From NCBI GenBank assembly GCA_040954595.2, contig CM082586.2:10633337-10697336 (forward strand): a stretch of 64,000 bases of DNA, read 5' to 3'. The notes beneath the pieces were generated by a model. That model was given only the letters and a program-made list of their open reading frames with translations, was not told where the DNA came from and did no database searches. The position numbers were made by a program, and so were the translations under genes. Position 1 is the first letter of the stretch; each line of letters opens with the position of its first letter. The stretch is from Balanoglossus misakiensis (Eukaryota > Animalia > Hemichordata). Below, piece after piece: positions 1-13,142 of this stretch.

Positions 1-3000
1 TCGATCTACAGAGTCTATAGTGGAAAACTTTCTTATGCACATATGCCTATCTATGTGTTCTGCGCCTCACAACAGAATTCGGTAAATAAACGAGGCTGTT
101 TGGAAGCAACCATGGAAATTTTACAACTATCCGTCGATCTACAGAGTCTAGTGGAAAACGTTATTATGCGCATAGGCCTATATATGTGTTCTGCGCATCA
201 CAACAGAATTTTGTAAACAAACGAGGCTGTGTTTGGAAGCAACCATGGACATTTTAGAACTATCTCTCGATCTACAGAGTCTATAGTGGAAAACTTTCTT
301 ATGCACATAGGCCTATCTATGTGTTCTGTGCCTTACAACAGAATTCGGTAAATAAACGAGGCTGTTTGGAAGCAACCATGGAAATTTTACAACTATCCGT
401 CGATCTACAGAGTCTAGTGGAAAACGTTATTATGCGCATAGGCCTATATATGTGTTCTGCGCATCACAACAGAATTTTGTAAACAAACGAGGCTGTGTTT
501 GGAAGCAACCATGGACATTTTAGAACTATCTCTCGATCTACAGAGTCTATAGTGGAAAACTTTCTTATGCACATATGCCTATCTATGTGTTCTGCGCCTC
601 AAAACAGAATTCCGTAAATAAACGAGGCTGTTTGGAAGCAAACATGGAAATTTTAGAACTATCTCTCGATCTACAGAGTATAGTGGAAAACGTTCATATG
701 CGCATAGGCCTATCTATGTGTTCTGCGCATCACAACAGAATTTTGTAAACAAACCAGGCTTTGTTTGGAAGCAACCATGGACATTTTAGAACTATTCGTC
801 GATCTACGGAGTCTAGTGGAAAACTTTCTTATGCGCATAGGCATATGTATGTGTTCTACGCATCACAACAGAATTCGGTAAATAAACGAGGCTGTTTGGA
901 AACAACCATGGAAATTTTAGAACTATCCGTTGATCTAAAGTTGAAAAGTTTTTTATGCGCATAGGCCTATCTATGTGTTCTGCGCCTCACAACAGAAATC
1001 GGTAAATAAACGAGGCTGTTTGGAAGCAACCATGGAAATTTTACAACTATCTCTCGATCTACAGTGTATGGTGGAAAACGTTCATATGCGCATAGGCCTA
1101 TCTATGTGTTCTGCGCATCACAACAGAATTTTGTAAACAAACGAGGCTGTGTTTGGTAGCAACCATGGACATTTTAGAACTATCTCTCGATCTACAGAGT
1201 CTATAGTGGAAAACTTTCTTATGCACATATGCCTATCTATGTGTTCTGCGCCTCACAACAGAATTCGGTAAATAAACGAGGCTGTTTGGAAGCAACCATG
1301 GAAATTTTACAACTATCCGTCGATCTACGGAGTCTGGTGGAAAACTTTCTTATGCGCATAGCCCTATATATGTGTTCTGCGCATCACAACAGAATTTTGT
1401 AAACAAACGAGGCTGTGTTTGGTAGCAACCATGGACATTTTAGAACTATCTCTCGATCTACAGAGTCTATAGTGGAAAACTTTCTTATGCACATAGGCCT
1501 ATCTATGTGTTCTGCGCCTCACAACAGAATTCGGTAAATAAACGAGGCTGTTTGGAAGCAACCATGGAAATTTTACAACTATCCGTCGATCTACGGAGTC
1601 TGGTGGAAAACTTTCTTATGCGCATAGGCCTATTACGTGTTCTGCGTCTCACAACAGAATTCGGTAAATAAACGAGGCTGTTTGGAAGCAACCATGGAAA
1701 TTTTAGAACTATCTCTCGATCTACAGAGTCTAGTGGAAAACGTTCTTATGCGCATAGGCCTATATATGTGTTCTGCGCATCACAACAGAATTCGTAAACA
1801 AACAAGGTTGTTTGGAAGCAACCATGGAAATTTTACAACTATCCGTCGATCTACAGAGTCTAGTGGAAAAATGTCTTATGCGCATTGGCCTATCATGTGT
1901 TCTGCGCCTCACAACAGAAATCAGTAAATAAACGAGGCTGTTTGGAAGCAACCATGGAAATTTTACAACTATCCGTCGATCTACAGAGTCTAGTGGAAAC
2001 GTTCTTATGCGCATAGGCCTATATATGTGTTCTGCGCATCACAACAGAATTTTGTAAACAAACGAGGCTGTGTTTGGTAGCAACCATGGACATTTTAGAA
2101 CTATCTCTCGATCTACAGAGTCTATAGTGGAAAACTTTCTTATGCACATATGCCTATCTATGTGTTCTGCGCCTCACAACAGAATTCGGTAAATAAACGA
2201 GGCTGTTTGGAAGCAACCATGGAAATTTTACAACTATCCGTCGATCTACAGAGTCTAGTGGAAAACGTTATTATGCGCATAGGCCTATATATGTGTTCTG
2301 CGCATCACAACAGAATTTTGTAAACAAACGAGGCTGTGTTTGGAAGCAACCATGGACATTTTAGAACTATCTCTCGATCTACAGAGTCTATAGTGGAAAA
2401 CTTTCTTATGCACATAGGCCTATCTATGTGTTCTGTGCCTTACAACAGAATTCGGTAAATAAACGAGGCTGTTTGGAAGCAACCATGGAAATTTTACAAC
2501 TATCCGTCGATCTACAGAGTCTAGTGGAAAACGTTATTATGCGCATAGGCCTATATATGTGTTCTGCGCATCACAACAGAATTTTGTAAACAAACGAGGC
2601 TGTGTTTGGAAGCAACCATGGACATTTTAGAACTATCTCTCGATCTACAGAGTCTATAGTGGAAAACTTTCTTATGCACATATGCCTATCTATGTGTTCT
2701 GCGCCTCAAAACAGAATTCCGTAAATAAACGAGGCTGTTTGGAAGCAAACATGGAAATTTTAGAACTATCTCTCGATCTACAGAGTATAGTGGAAAACGT
2801 TCATATGCGCATAGGCCTATCTATGTGTTCTGCGCATCACAACAGAATTTTGTAAACAAACCAGGCTTTGTTTGGAAGCAACCATGGACATTTTAGAACT
2901 ATTCGTCGATCTACGGAGTCTAGTGGAAAACTTTCTTATGCGCATAGGCATATGTATGTGTTCTACGCATCACAACAGAATTCGGTAAATAAACGAGGCT

Positions 3001-6000
3001 GTTTGGAAACAACCATGGAAATTTTAGAACTATCCGTTGATCTAAAGTTGAAAAGTTTTTTATGCGCATAGGCCTATCTATGTGTTCTGCGCCTCACAAC
3101 AGAAATCGGTAAATAAACGAGGCTGTTTGGAAGCAACCATGGAAATTTTACAACTATCTCTCGATCTACAGAGTCTATAGTGGAAAACTTTCTTATTCAC
3201 ATATGCCTATCTATGTGTTCTGCGCCTCAAAACAGAATTCCGCAAATAAACGAGGCTGTTTGGAAGCAAACATGGAAGTTTTAGAACTATCTCTCGATCT
3301 ACAGTGTATGGTGGAAAACGTTCATATGCGCATAGGCCTATCTATGTGTTCTGCGCATCACAACAGAATTTTGTAAACAAACGAGGCTGTGTTTGGTAGC
3401 AACCATGGACATTTTAGAACTATCTCTCGATCTACAGAGTCTATAGTGGAAAACTTTCTTATGCACATATGCCTATCTATGTGTTCTGCGCCTCACAACA
3501 GAATTCGGTAAATAAACGAGGCTGTTTGGAAGCAACCATGGAAATTTTACAACTATCCGTCGATCTACGGAGTCTGGTGGAAAACTTTCTTATGCGCATA
3601 GCCCTATATATGTGTTCTGCGCATCACAACAGAATTCGTAAACAAACGAGGTTGTTTGGAAGCAACCATGGAAATTTTACAACTATCCGTCGATCTACAG
3701 AGTCTAGTGGAAAAATGTCTTATGCGCATTGGCCTATCATGTGTTCTGCGCCTCACAACAGAAATCAGTAAATAAACGAGGCTGTTTGGAAGCAACCATG
3801 GAAATTTTACAACTATCAGTCCATCTACAGAGTCTGGTGGAAAACTTTCTTATGCGCATAGGCCTATAACGTGTTCTGCGCCTAACAACAGAATTCGGTA
3901 AATAAACGAGGCTGTTTGGAAGCAACCATGGAAATTTTACAAAAATCCGTCGATCTACAGAGTCTGGTGGAAAACTTTCTTATGCGCATAGGCCTATAAC
4001 GTGTTCTGCGCCTAACAACAGAATTCGGTAAATAAACGAGGCTGTTTGGAAGCAACCATGGAAATTTTACAACTATCCGTCGATCTACAGAGTCTAGTGG
4101 AAAACGTTATAATGCGCATAGGCCTATCTATGTGTTATGCGCATCACAACAGAAATCGGTAAATAAACGAGGCTGTATTTGGAAGCAACCATGAACATTT
4201 TACAACTATCCGTCGATCTACAGAGTCTAGTGGAAAACGTTCTTATGCGCATAGGCCTATATATGTGTTCTGCGCATCACAACAGAATTCGGTAAACAAA
4301 CGAGGTTGTTTGGAAGCAACCATGGAAATTTTACAACTATCCGTCGATCTACAGAGTCTAGTGGAAAAATGTCGTATGCGCATAGGCCTATCATGTGTTC
4401 TGCGCCTCAAAACAGAATTCCGTAAATAAACAAGGCTGTTTGCAAGCAAACATGGAAATTTTACAGCTATCCGTCGATCTACAGAGTCTAGTGGAAAACG
4501 TTCTTTTGCGCATAGGCCTATATATATGTTATGCGCATCACAACAGAAATCGGTAAATAAACGAGGCTGTATTTGGAAGCAACCATGGACATTTTACAAC
4601 TATCCGTCGATCTACAGAGTCCTGTGGAAAACTTTCTAATGCGCATAGGCCTATTACGTGTTCTGCGCCTCACAACATAATTCCGTAAATAAACGAGGCT
4701 GTTTGGAAGCAACCATGGAAATTTTACAACTATCCGTCGATCTACGGAGTCTGGTGGAAAACTTTCTTATGCGCATAGGCCTATTACGTGTTCTGCGTCT
4801 CACAACAGAATTCGGTAAATAAACGAGGCTGTTTGGAAGCAACCATGGAAATTTTAGAACTATCTCTCGATCTACAGAGTCTAGTGGAAAACGTTCTTAT
4901 GCGCATAGGCCTATATATGTGTTCTGCGCATCACAACAGAATTCGTAAACAAACGAGGTTGTTTGGAAGCAACCATGGAAATTTTACAACTATCCGTCGA
5001 TCTACAGAGTCTAGTGGAAAAATGTCTTATGCGCATTGGCCTATCATGTGTTCTGCGCCTCACAACAGAAATCAGTAAATAAACGAGGCTGTTTGGAAGC
5101 AACCATGGAAATTTTACAACTATCCGTCGATCTACAGAGTCTAGTGGAAACGTTCTTATGCGCATAGGCCTATATATGTGTTCTGCGCATCACAACAGAA
5201 TTTTGTAAACAAACGAGGCTGTGTTTGATAGCAACCATGGACATTTTAGAACTATCTCTCGATCTACAGAGTCTATAGTGGAAAACTTTCTTATGCACAT
5301 ATGCCTATCTATGTGTTCTGCGCCTCACAACAGAATTCGGTAAATAAACGAGGCTGTTTGGAAGCAACCATGGAAATTTTACAACTATCCGTCGATCTAC
5401 AGAGTCTAGTGGAAAACGTTATTATGCGCATAGGCCTATATATGTGTTCTGCGCATCACAACAGAATTTCGTAAACAAACGAGGCTGTGTTTGGAAGCAA
5501 CCATGGACATTTTAGAACTATCTCTCGATCTACAGAGTCTATAGTGGAAAACTTTCTTATGCACATAGGCCTATCTATGTGTTCTGTGCCTTACAACAGA
5601 ATTCGGTAAATAAACGAGGCTGTTTGGAAGCAACCATGGAAATTTTACAACTATCCGTCGATCTACAGAGTCTAGTGGAAAACGTTATTATGCGCATAGG
5701 CCTATATATGTGTTCTGCGCATCACAACAGAATTTTGTAAACAAACGAGGCTGTGTTTGGAAGCAACCATGGACATTTTAGAACTATCTCTCGATCTACA
5801 GAGTCTATAGTGGAAAACTTTCTTATGCACATATGCCTATCTATGTGTTCTGCGCCTCAAAACAGAATTCCGTAAATAAACGAGGCTGTTTGGAAGCAAA
5901 CATGGAAATTTTAGAACTATCTCTCGATCTACAGAGTATAGTGGAAAACGTTCATATGCGCATAGGCCTATCTATGTGTTCTGCGCATCACAACAGAATT

Positions 6001-9000
6001 TTGTAAACAAACCAGGCTTTGTTTGGAAGCAACCATGGACATTTTAGAACTATTCGTCGATCTACGGAGTCTAGTGGAAAACTTTCTTATGCGCATAGGC
6101 ATATGTATGTGTTCTACGCATCACAACAGAATTCGGTAAATAAACGAGGCTGTTTGGAAACAACCATGGAAATTTTAGAACTATCCGTTGATCTAAAGTT
6201 GAAAAGTTTTTTATGCGCATAGGCCTATCTATGTGTTCTGCGCCTCACAACAGAAATCGGTAAATAAACGAGGCTGTTTGGAAGCAACCATGGAAATTTT
6301 ACAACTATCTCTCGATCTACAGAGTCTATAGTGGAAAACTTTCTTATTCACATATGCCTATCTATGTGTTCTGCGCCTCAAAACAGAATTCCGCAAATAA
6401 ACGAGGCTGTTTGGAAGCAAACATGGAAGTTTTAGAACTATCTCTCGATCTACAGTGTATGGTGGAAAACGTTCATATGCGCATAGGCCTATCTATGTGT
6501 TCTGCGCATCACAACAGAATTTTGTAAACAAACGAGGCTGTGTTTGGTAGCAACCATGGACATTTTAGAACTATCTCTCGATCTACAGAGTCTATAGTGG
6601 AAAACTTTCTTATGCACATATGCCTATCTATGTGTTCTGCGCCTCACAACAGAATTCGGTAAATAAACGAGGCTGTTTGGAAGCAACCATGGAAATTTTA
6701 CAACTATCCGTCGATCTACGGAGTCTGGTGGAAAACTTTCTTATGCGCATAGCCCTATATATGTGTTCTGCGCATCACAACAGAATTCGTAAACAAACGA
6801 GGTTGTTTGGAAGCAACCATGGAAATTTTACAACTATCCGTCGATCTACAGAGTCTAGTGGAAAAATGTCTTATGCGCATTGGCCTATCATGTGTTCTGC
6901 GCCTCACAACAGAAATCAGTAAATAAACGAGGCTGTTTGGAAGCAACCATGGAAATTTTACAACTATCAGTCCATCTACAGAGTCTGGTGGAAAACTTTC
7001 TTATGCGCATAGGCCTATAACGTGTTCTGCGCCTAACAACAGAATTCGGTAAATAAACGAGGCTGTTTGGAAGCAACCATGGAAATTTTACAAAAATCCG
7101 TCGATCTACAGAGTCTGGTGGAAAACTTTCTTATGCGCATAGGCCTATAACGTGTTCTGCGCCTAACAACAGAATTCGGTAAATAAACGAGGCTGTTTGG
7201 AAGCAACCATGGAAATTTTACAACTATCCGTCGATCTACAGAGTCTAGTGGAAAACGTTATAATGCGCATAGGCCTATCTATGTGTTATGCGCATCACAA
7301 CAGAAATCGGTAAATAAACGAGGCTGTATTTGGAAGCAACCATGAACATTTTACAACTATCCGTCGATCTACAGAGTCTAGTGGAAAACGTTCTTATGCG
7401 CATAGGCCTATATATGTGTTCTGCGCATCACAACAGAATTCGGTAAACAAACGAGGTTGTTTGGAAGCAACCATGGAAATTTTACAACTATCCGTCGATC
7501 TACAGAGTCTAGTGGAAAAATGTCGTATGCGCATAGGCCTATCATGTGTTCTGCGCCTCAAAACAGAATTCCGTAAATAAACAAGGCTGTTTGCAAGCAA
7601 ACATGGAAATTTTACAGCTATCCGTCGATCTACAGAGTCTAGTGGAAAACGTTCTTTTGCGCATAGGCCTATATATATGTTATGCGCATCACAACAGAAA
7701 TCGGTAAATAAACGAGGCTGTATTTGGAAGCAACCATGGACATTTTACAACTATCCGTCGATCTACAGAGTCCTGTGGAAAACTTTCTAATGCGCATAGG
7801 CCTATTACGTGTTCTGCGCCTCACAACAGAATTCCGTAAATAAACGAGGCTGTTTGGAAGCAAACATGGAAATTTTACAGCTATCCGTCGATCTACAGAG
7901 TCTAGTGGAAAACGTTCTTTTGCGCATAGGCCTATATATGTGTTATGCGCATCACAACAGAAATCGGTAAATAAACGAGGCTGTATTTGGAAGCAACCGT
8001 GGACATTTTACATCTATCCGTCGATCTACAGAATCTTGTGGAAAACTTTCTAATGCGCATAGGTCTATTACGTGTTCTGCGCCTCACAACAGAATTCGGT
8101 AAATAAACGAGGCTGTTTGGAAGCAACCATGGAAATTTTTGAACTATCCGTCGATCTACAGAGTCTAGTGGAAAAATGTCTTATGCGCATAGGCCTATCA
8201 TGTGTTCTGCGCCTCACAACAGAAATCGGTAAATAAACGAGGCAGTTTGGAAGCAACCATGGAAATTTTACAGCTATCCGTCGATCTACAGAGTCTAGTG
8301 GAAAACGTTCTTATGCGCATAGGCCTATATATGTGTTCTGCGCATCACAACAGAATTTTGTAAACAAACGAGGCTGTGTTTGGAAGCAACCATGGAAATT
8401 TTAGAACTATCTCTCGATCTACAGAGTCTATAGTGGAAAACTTTCTTATGCACATATGCCTATCTATGTGTTCTGCGCCTCAAAACAGAATTCCGTAAAT
8501 AAACGAGGCTGTTTGGAAGCAAACATGGAAATTTTAGAACTATCTCTCGATCTACAGAGTATAGTGGGAAACGTTCATATGCACATAGGCCTATATATGT
8601 GTTCTGCGCATCACAACAGAATTTTGTAAACAAACGAGGCTTTGTTTGGAAGCAACCATGGACATTTTAGAACTATCCGTCGATCTACAGAGTCTAGTGG
8701 AAAAATTTCTTATGCGCATGGGCCTATCATGTGTTCTGCGCCTCACAACAGAAATCGGTAAATAAACGAGGCTGTTTGGAAGCAACCATGGAAATTTTAG
8801 AACTATCCGTCGACCTTCAGCGTCTAGTGGAAAACTTTTTTATGCGCATAGGCCTATCTATGTGTTCAGAGCCTCACAACAGAAATCGGTAAATAAACGA
8901 GGCTGTTTGGAAACAACCATGGAAATTTTAGAACTATCCGTCGATCTAAAAGGTCTAGTGGAAAACGTTCTTATGCGCATAGGCCTATCTATGTGTTCTG

Positions 9001-11520
9001 CGCATCACAACAGAATTTTGTAAACAAACGAGGCTGTGTTTTGAGGCAACCATGTATATTTTAGAACTATCTCTCGATCTACAGAGTCTAGTGGAAAACT
9101 TTCTTATGCGCATAGGCCTAGCTATGTGTTCTGCGCATTACAACAGAATTTTGTAAACAAACGAGGTTGTGTTTGGAATCAACCATGGAAATTTTAGAAC
9201 TATCCGTCGATCTACAGTGAAAAAGTTTCTTATGCGCATAGGCCTATCATGTGTTCTGCGCATCACTGCAGAATTTTGTAAACAAACGAGGCTGTGTTTG
9301 GAAGCAACCATGGAAATTTTAGAACTATCCGTCGATCTATAGAGTCTAGTGGAAAACGTTCTTATGCGCATAGGCCTATCTATGTGTTCTGCGCATTACA
9401 ACAGAATTTGGAAATAAACGAGGCTGTGTTTGGAAGCAACCATGGAAATTTTAGAACTATCCGTCGATCTGCAGAGTCTAGTAAAAAACTTTCTTATGCG
9501 CATAGGCCTATCACGTGTTCTGCGCCTCACAACAGAAATCGGTAAATAAACGAGGCTGTTTGGATGCAACCATGGAAATTTTAGAACTATCCGTCGATCT
9601 ACAGAGTCTAGTGGAAAAGTTTCTTATGCACATAGGCCTATCTATGTGATCTGCGCATCACAGCAGAATTCGGTAAATAAACAAGGCTGTTTGAAATCAA
9701 CCATGGACATTTTAGAACTATCCGTCGATCTACAGAGTCTAGTGGAAAACTTTCTTATGCGCATAGGCCTAGCTATGTGTTCTGCGCATCACAAAAGAAT
9801 TTTGTAAACAAACGAGGCTGTGTTTGGAAGCAACCATGGAAATTTTAGAACTATCTCTCGATCTACAGAGTCTATGGAAATTTTAGAACTATCCGTCGAT
9901 CTACAGTGAAAAAGTTTCTTATGCGCATAGGCCTATCATGTGTTCTGCGCATCACTGCAGACTTTTGTAAACAAACGAGACTGTGTTTGGAAGCAACCTT
10001 GGAAATTTTAGAACTATCTCTCGATCTACAGAGTCTAGTGGAAAACTTTCTAATGCGCATAGGCCTATCACGTGTTCTGCGCCTCACAACATAATTCGGT
10101 AAATAAACGAGGCTGTTTGGAAGCAAGTATGGATATTTTAGAACTATCCGTCGATCTACAGAGTCTAGTGGAAAAATTCTTATGCGCATAGGCCTATCAT
10201 GTGTTCTGCGCATCACAACAGAATTCATTAAATAAACGAGGCTGTTTGGAAGCAACCATGGACATTTTAGAACTATCCGTCGATCTACAGAGTCTAGTGG
10301 AAAAATTTCTTATGCGCATAGGCCTATCATGTGTTCTGCGCCTCACAACAGAAATCGGTAAATTAACGAGGCTGTTTGGAAGCAACCATGGCAATTTTAG
10401 AACTATCCGTCGATCTACAGAGTCTAGTGGAAAACTTTCTTATGCGCATAGGCCTATCACGTGTTCTGCGCCTAACAACAGAATTCGGTAAATAAACGAG
10501 GCTGTTTGGAAGCAACTATGGAAATTTTAGAACTACCCGTCGATCTACAGAGTCTAGTGGAAAAATTTCTTATGCGCATAGTCCTATCATGTGTTCTGCG
10601 CATCACAACAGAATTCGGTAAATAAACGAGGCTGTTTGGAAGCAACCATTGAAATTTTACAACTATCCGTCGATCTACAGAGTATAGTGGAAAACTTTCT
10701 TATGCGTATAGGCCTATCATGTGTTCAGCGCCTCACAACAGAAATCGGTAAATAAACGAGGCTGTTTAGAAGCACCCATGTAAATTTTAGAACTATCCAT
10801 CGATCTACAGAGTCTAGTGGAAAACGTTCTTTTGCGCATAGGCCTATCTATGTGTTCTGCGCATCACAAAATAATTTTGTAAACAAACGAGGCTGTTTGG
10901 AAGCAACCACGGAAATTTTTGAACTATCTCTCGATCTACACAGTCTAGTGGAAAAATTTCTTATGAGCATGGGCCTATCATGTGTTCTGCGCCTCACAAC
11001 AGAAATCGGTAAATAAACGAGGCTGTTTGGAAGCAACCATGGAAATTTTAGAACTATCCGTCGATCTTCAGCGTCTAGTGGAAAACTTTCTTATGCGCAT
11101 AGGCCTATCTATGTGTTCAGCGCCTCACAACAGAAATCGGTAAATAAACGAGGCTGTTTGGAAACAACCATGGAAATTTTAGAACTATCCGTCGATCTAA
11201 AAGGTCTAGTGGAAAACGTTCTTATGCGCATAGGCCTATCTATGTGTTCTGCGCATCACAACAGATTTTTGTAAACAAACGAGGCTGTGTTTTGAGGCAA
11301 CCATGGATATTTTAGAACTATCTCTCGATCTACAGAGTCTAGTGGAAAACTTTCTTATGCACATAGGCCTATCTATGTGTTATGTGCCTCACAACAGAAT
11401 TCGGTAAACAAACGAGGTTGTTTGGAAGCAACCATGGGCATTTTGGAACTATCCGTCGATCCACAGAGTCTAGTGGAAAACGTTCTTATGCGCATAGGCC
11501 TATCTATGTGTTCTGCGCAT
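1..11520. repeat. Tandem satellite, ~130-133 bp monomer (~88 copies), with higher-order repeat structure; continues beyond window start
   Basis: Monomer TCGATCTACAGAGTCTAGTGGAAAAC..TATGCGCATAGGCCTAT..GTGTTCTGCGC..ACAACAGAATT..AAACGAGGCTGTTTGGAAGCAACCATGGAAATTTTA recurs throughout. Near-identical spurious ORFs recur at 3151-bp (1637/4788, 2868/6019, 3469/6620) and 2107-bp (761/2868) offsets. Confidence 0.98.
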
Positions 11521-13142
11521 TTTACTTTTGCCACTCCACTCAAAGTAAGCATCGGTGTGGTGGTGTGGCAAGTAGTCTGCCCTTGTACACTAGACAAACC
11601 AGGCAATAAATGAAATGTAGCGAAGAATGGAGGGGTGGGTGTGGGATGGGGTGTCCCCCTCCCATATTAGAAAATCTTGTAAAATTAAGGGCGCGAAACT
11701 GCAATTTTGTGGACTCAAAGCAAAAGTTTTGCGGCAAAAGTATGTGACCCCCTAAACGTTTAAAAAAAAAAGATTACCCCCACTTTCGGACTTCAAAATT
11801 TAAGTGACCCCCCCCCCCCCCTGGATTTTGCCGCCCCACCCGGCCGTAAAAACTGAATGGTCCCTTACCCATATACGCGACTTCCATTAATAAATTTGAA
11901 GAATAAGAGATCCTCTCCGTAAATAGGCCTTATTGGGGGTCAAAACTACCGAAAGAAGACCCTGCCCCAACTCCCCTTTAAACCAACTAATTCACACCGG
12001 GTTAGTTTTGTTTCTTTCATATTTGAATGAGAATTAAAATGCCGCAGGAAATTCTGCTGGCGTCCTTAGGATACGAGATCGGGAACTTTCAAAAGTTCCG
12101 CAGAATATACCCCAAGAGGGCGCTGTTGCTGACCTTCGACCCGTTTCCTTTGACCAGTTCTGTGTCTTCGTTGTAAACACATGTGTGACACGCAGGCTAG
12201 AGAATCTGCCAGTTTTTTCTGTCGTCAACTCCAATGTCGCCTTTTCTATGGACGTTAGTTGGCCAGTGTTTGTTACACATCCAGGACGGTGTCATATTTC
12301 TCTGAAAGAATAGCGGAAAACATGCAAAGCCAAGGAGCGAGCAAGTACCAGCTGTTTTCTGCAAGTCATGGGTTCAGGCCCCCACACTGTCCACCATCAT
12401 TATTCCTATATACAGATTTGGCGGAGTGAGTATTGAAACATTACAGTATTTAGTGTGTTTTAAGATATCACTGATAGTTTTCACGACTTAATGTGTGGGT
12501 AGAATCACATTCATCGCGATAACGTTACTGTAGTCCCCTGATTCAGTCCGTAAACAAGGTAAGCTTGAGACATGGACGATCGACAATCAGTTTCCGCTGT
12601 TGATTTCGCCCTATCGCAACTTAGTAACTGGGGCCGAGTGATGCTCCATTATTTAAAGTTCATGACTATTGACACCAATTGCAAAATATCAATGTTAAGG
12701 CGTGCTTTCAGAGAATATTCAACCAGAAAACCGACAACAATTGATGACCTCATGTGACCTTTACTGGTTGAATCAGGCGACCACTGCAGTGTGATTCCAA
12801 CGTTTGTGGGAAGACCACAGGGAGCTCTTCCTCCTGCTTTGCAGTGTGTGTGTGTTTGTTTAATATAAAAATGTGTGACAAAAATATGTATGTTTACAAA
12901 TATTGTCAAGATTGTTTGTTTGTTGAGAGGTTAAGGGGAGTAACCCTTTCTGTTCAATATACCCACAAAGGTGAACAAATTTGTAAACAAACATATTTTT
13001 CACAGAGTAGTTTTATTATATCCGCATTGCATCCAGCATGATCGCAGAAAACATCACCAATAAACCAAAATTGGAGTTGATGGCTTGGCTTTATTTGGGA
13101 CTATCATTGTTTGGTTATAGTCCATGGGCCAGAGACCGACAT

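Noticed and set aside
1-11520. CRISPR-like periodicity
   Set aside because: The whole unit repeats with no unique spacers, there are no cas genes, and the context is eukaryotic. The same applies to the 116-bp arrays.
761-11613. Many repeated 60-127 aa ORFs in the satellite
   Set aside because: They are chance frames of the tandem monomer, occur on both strands and are broken by indels.
12322-12426. Possible ATG-initiated first exon ending at GA|GTGAGT
   Set aside because: No recognisable peptide or signal sequence, and no demonstrable link to downstream exons.
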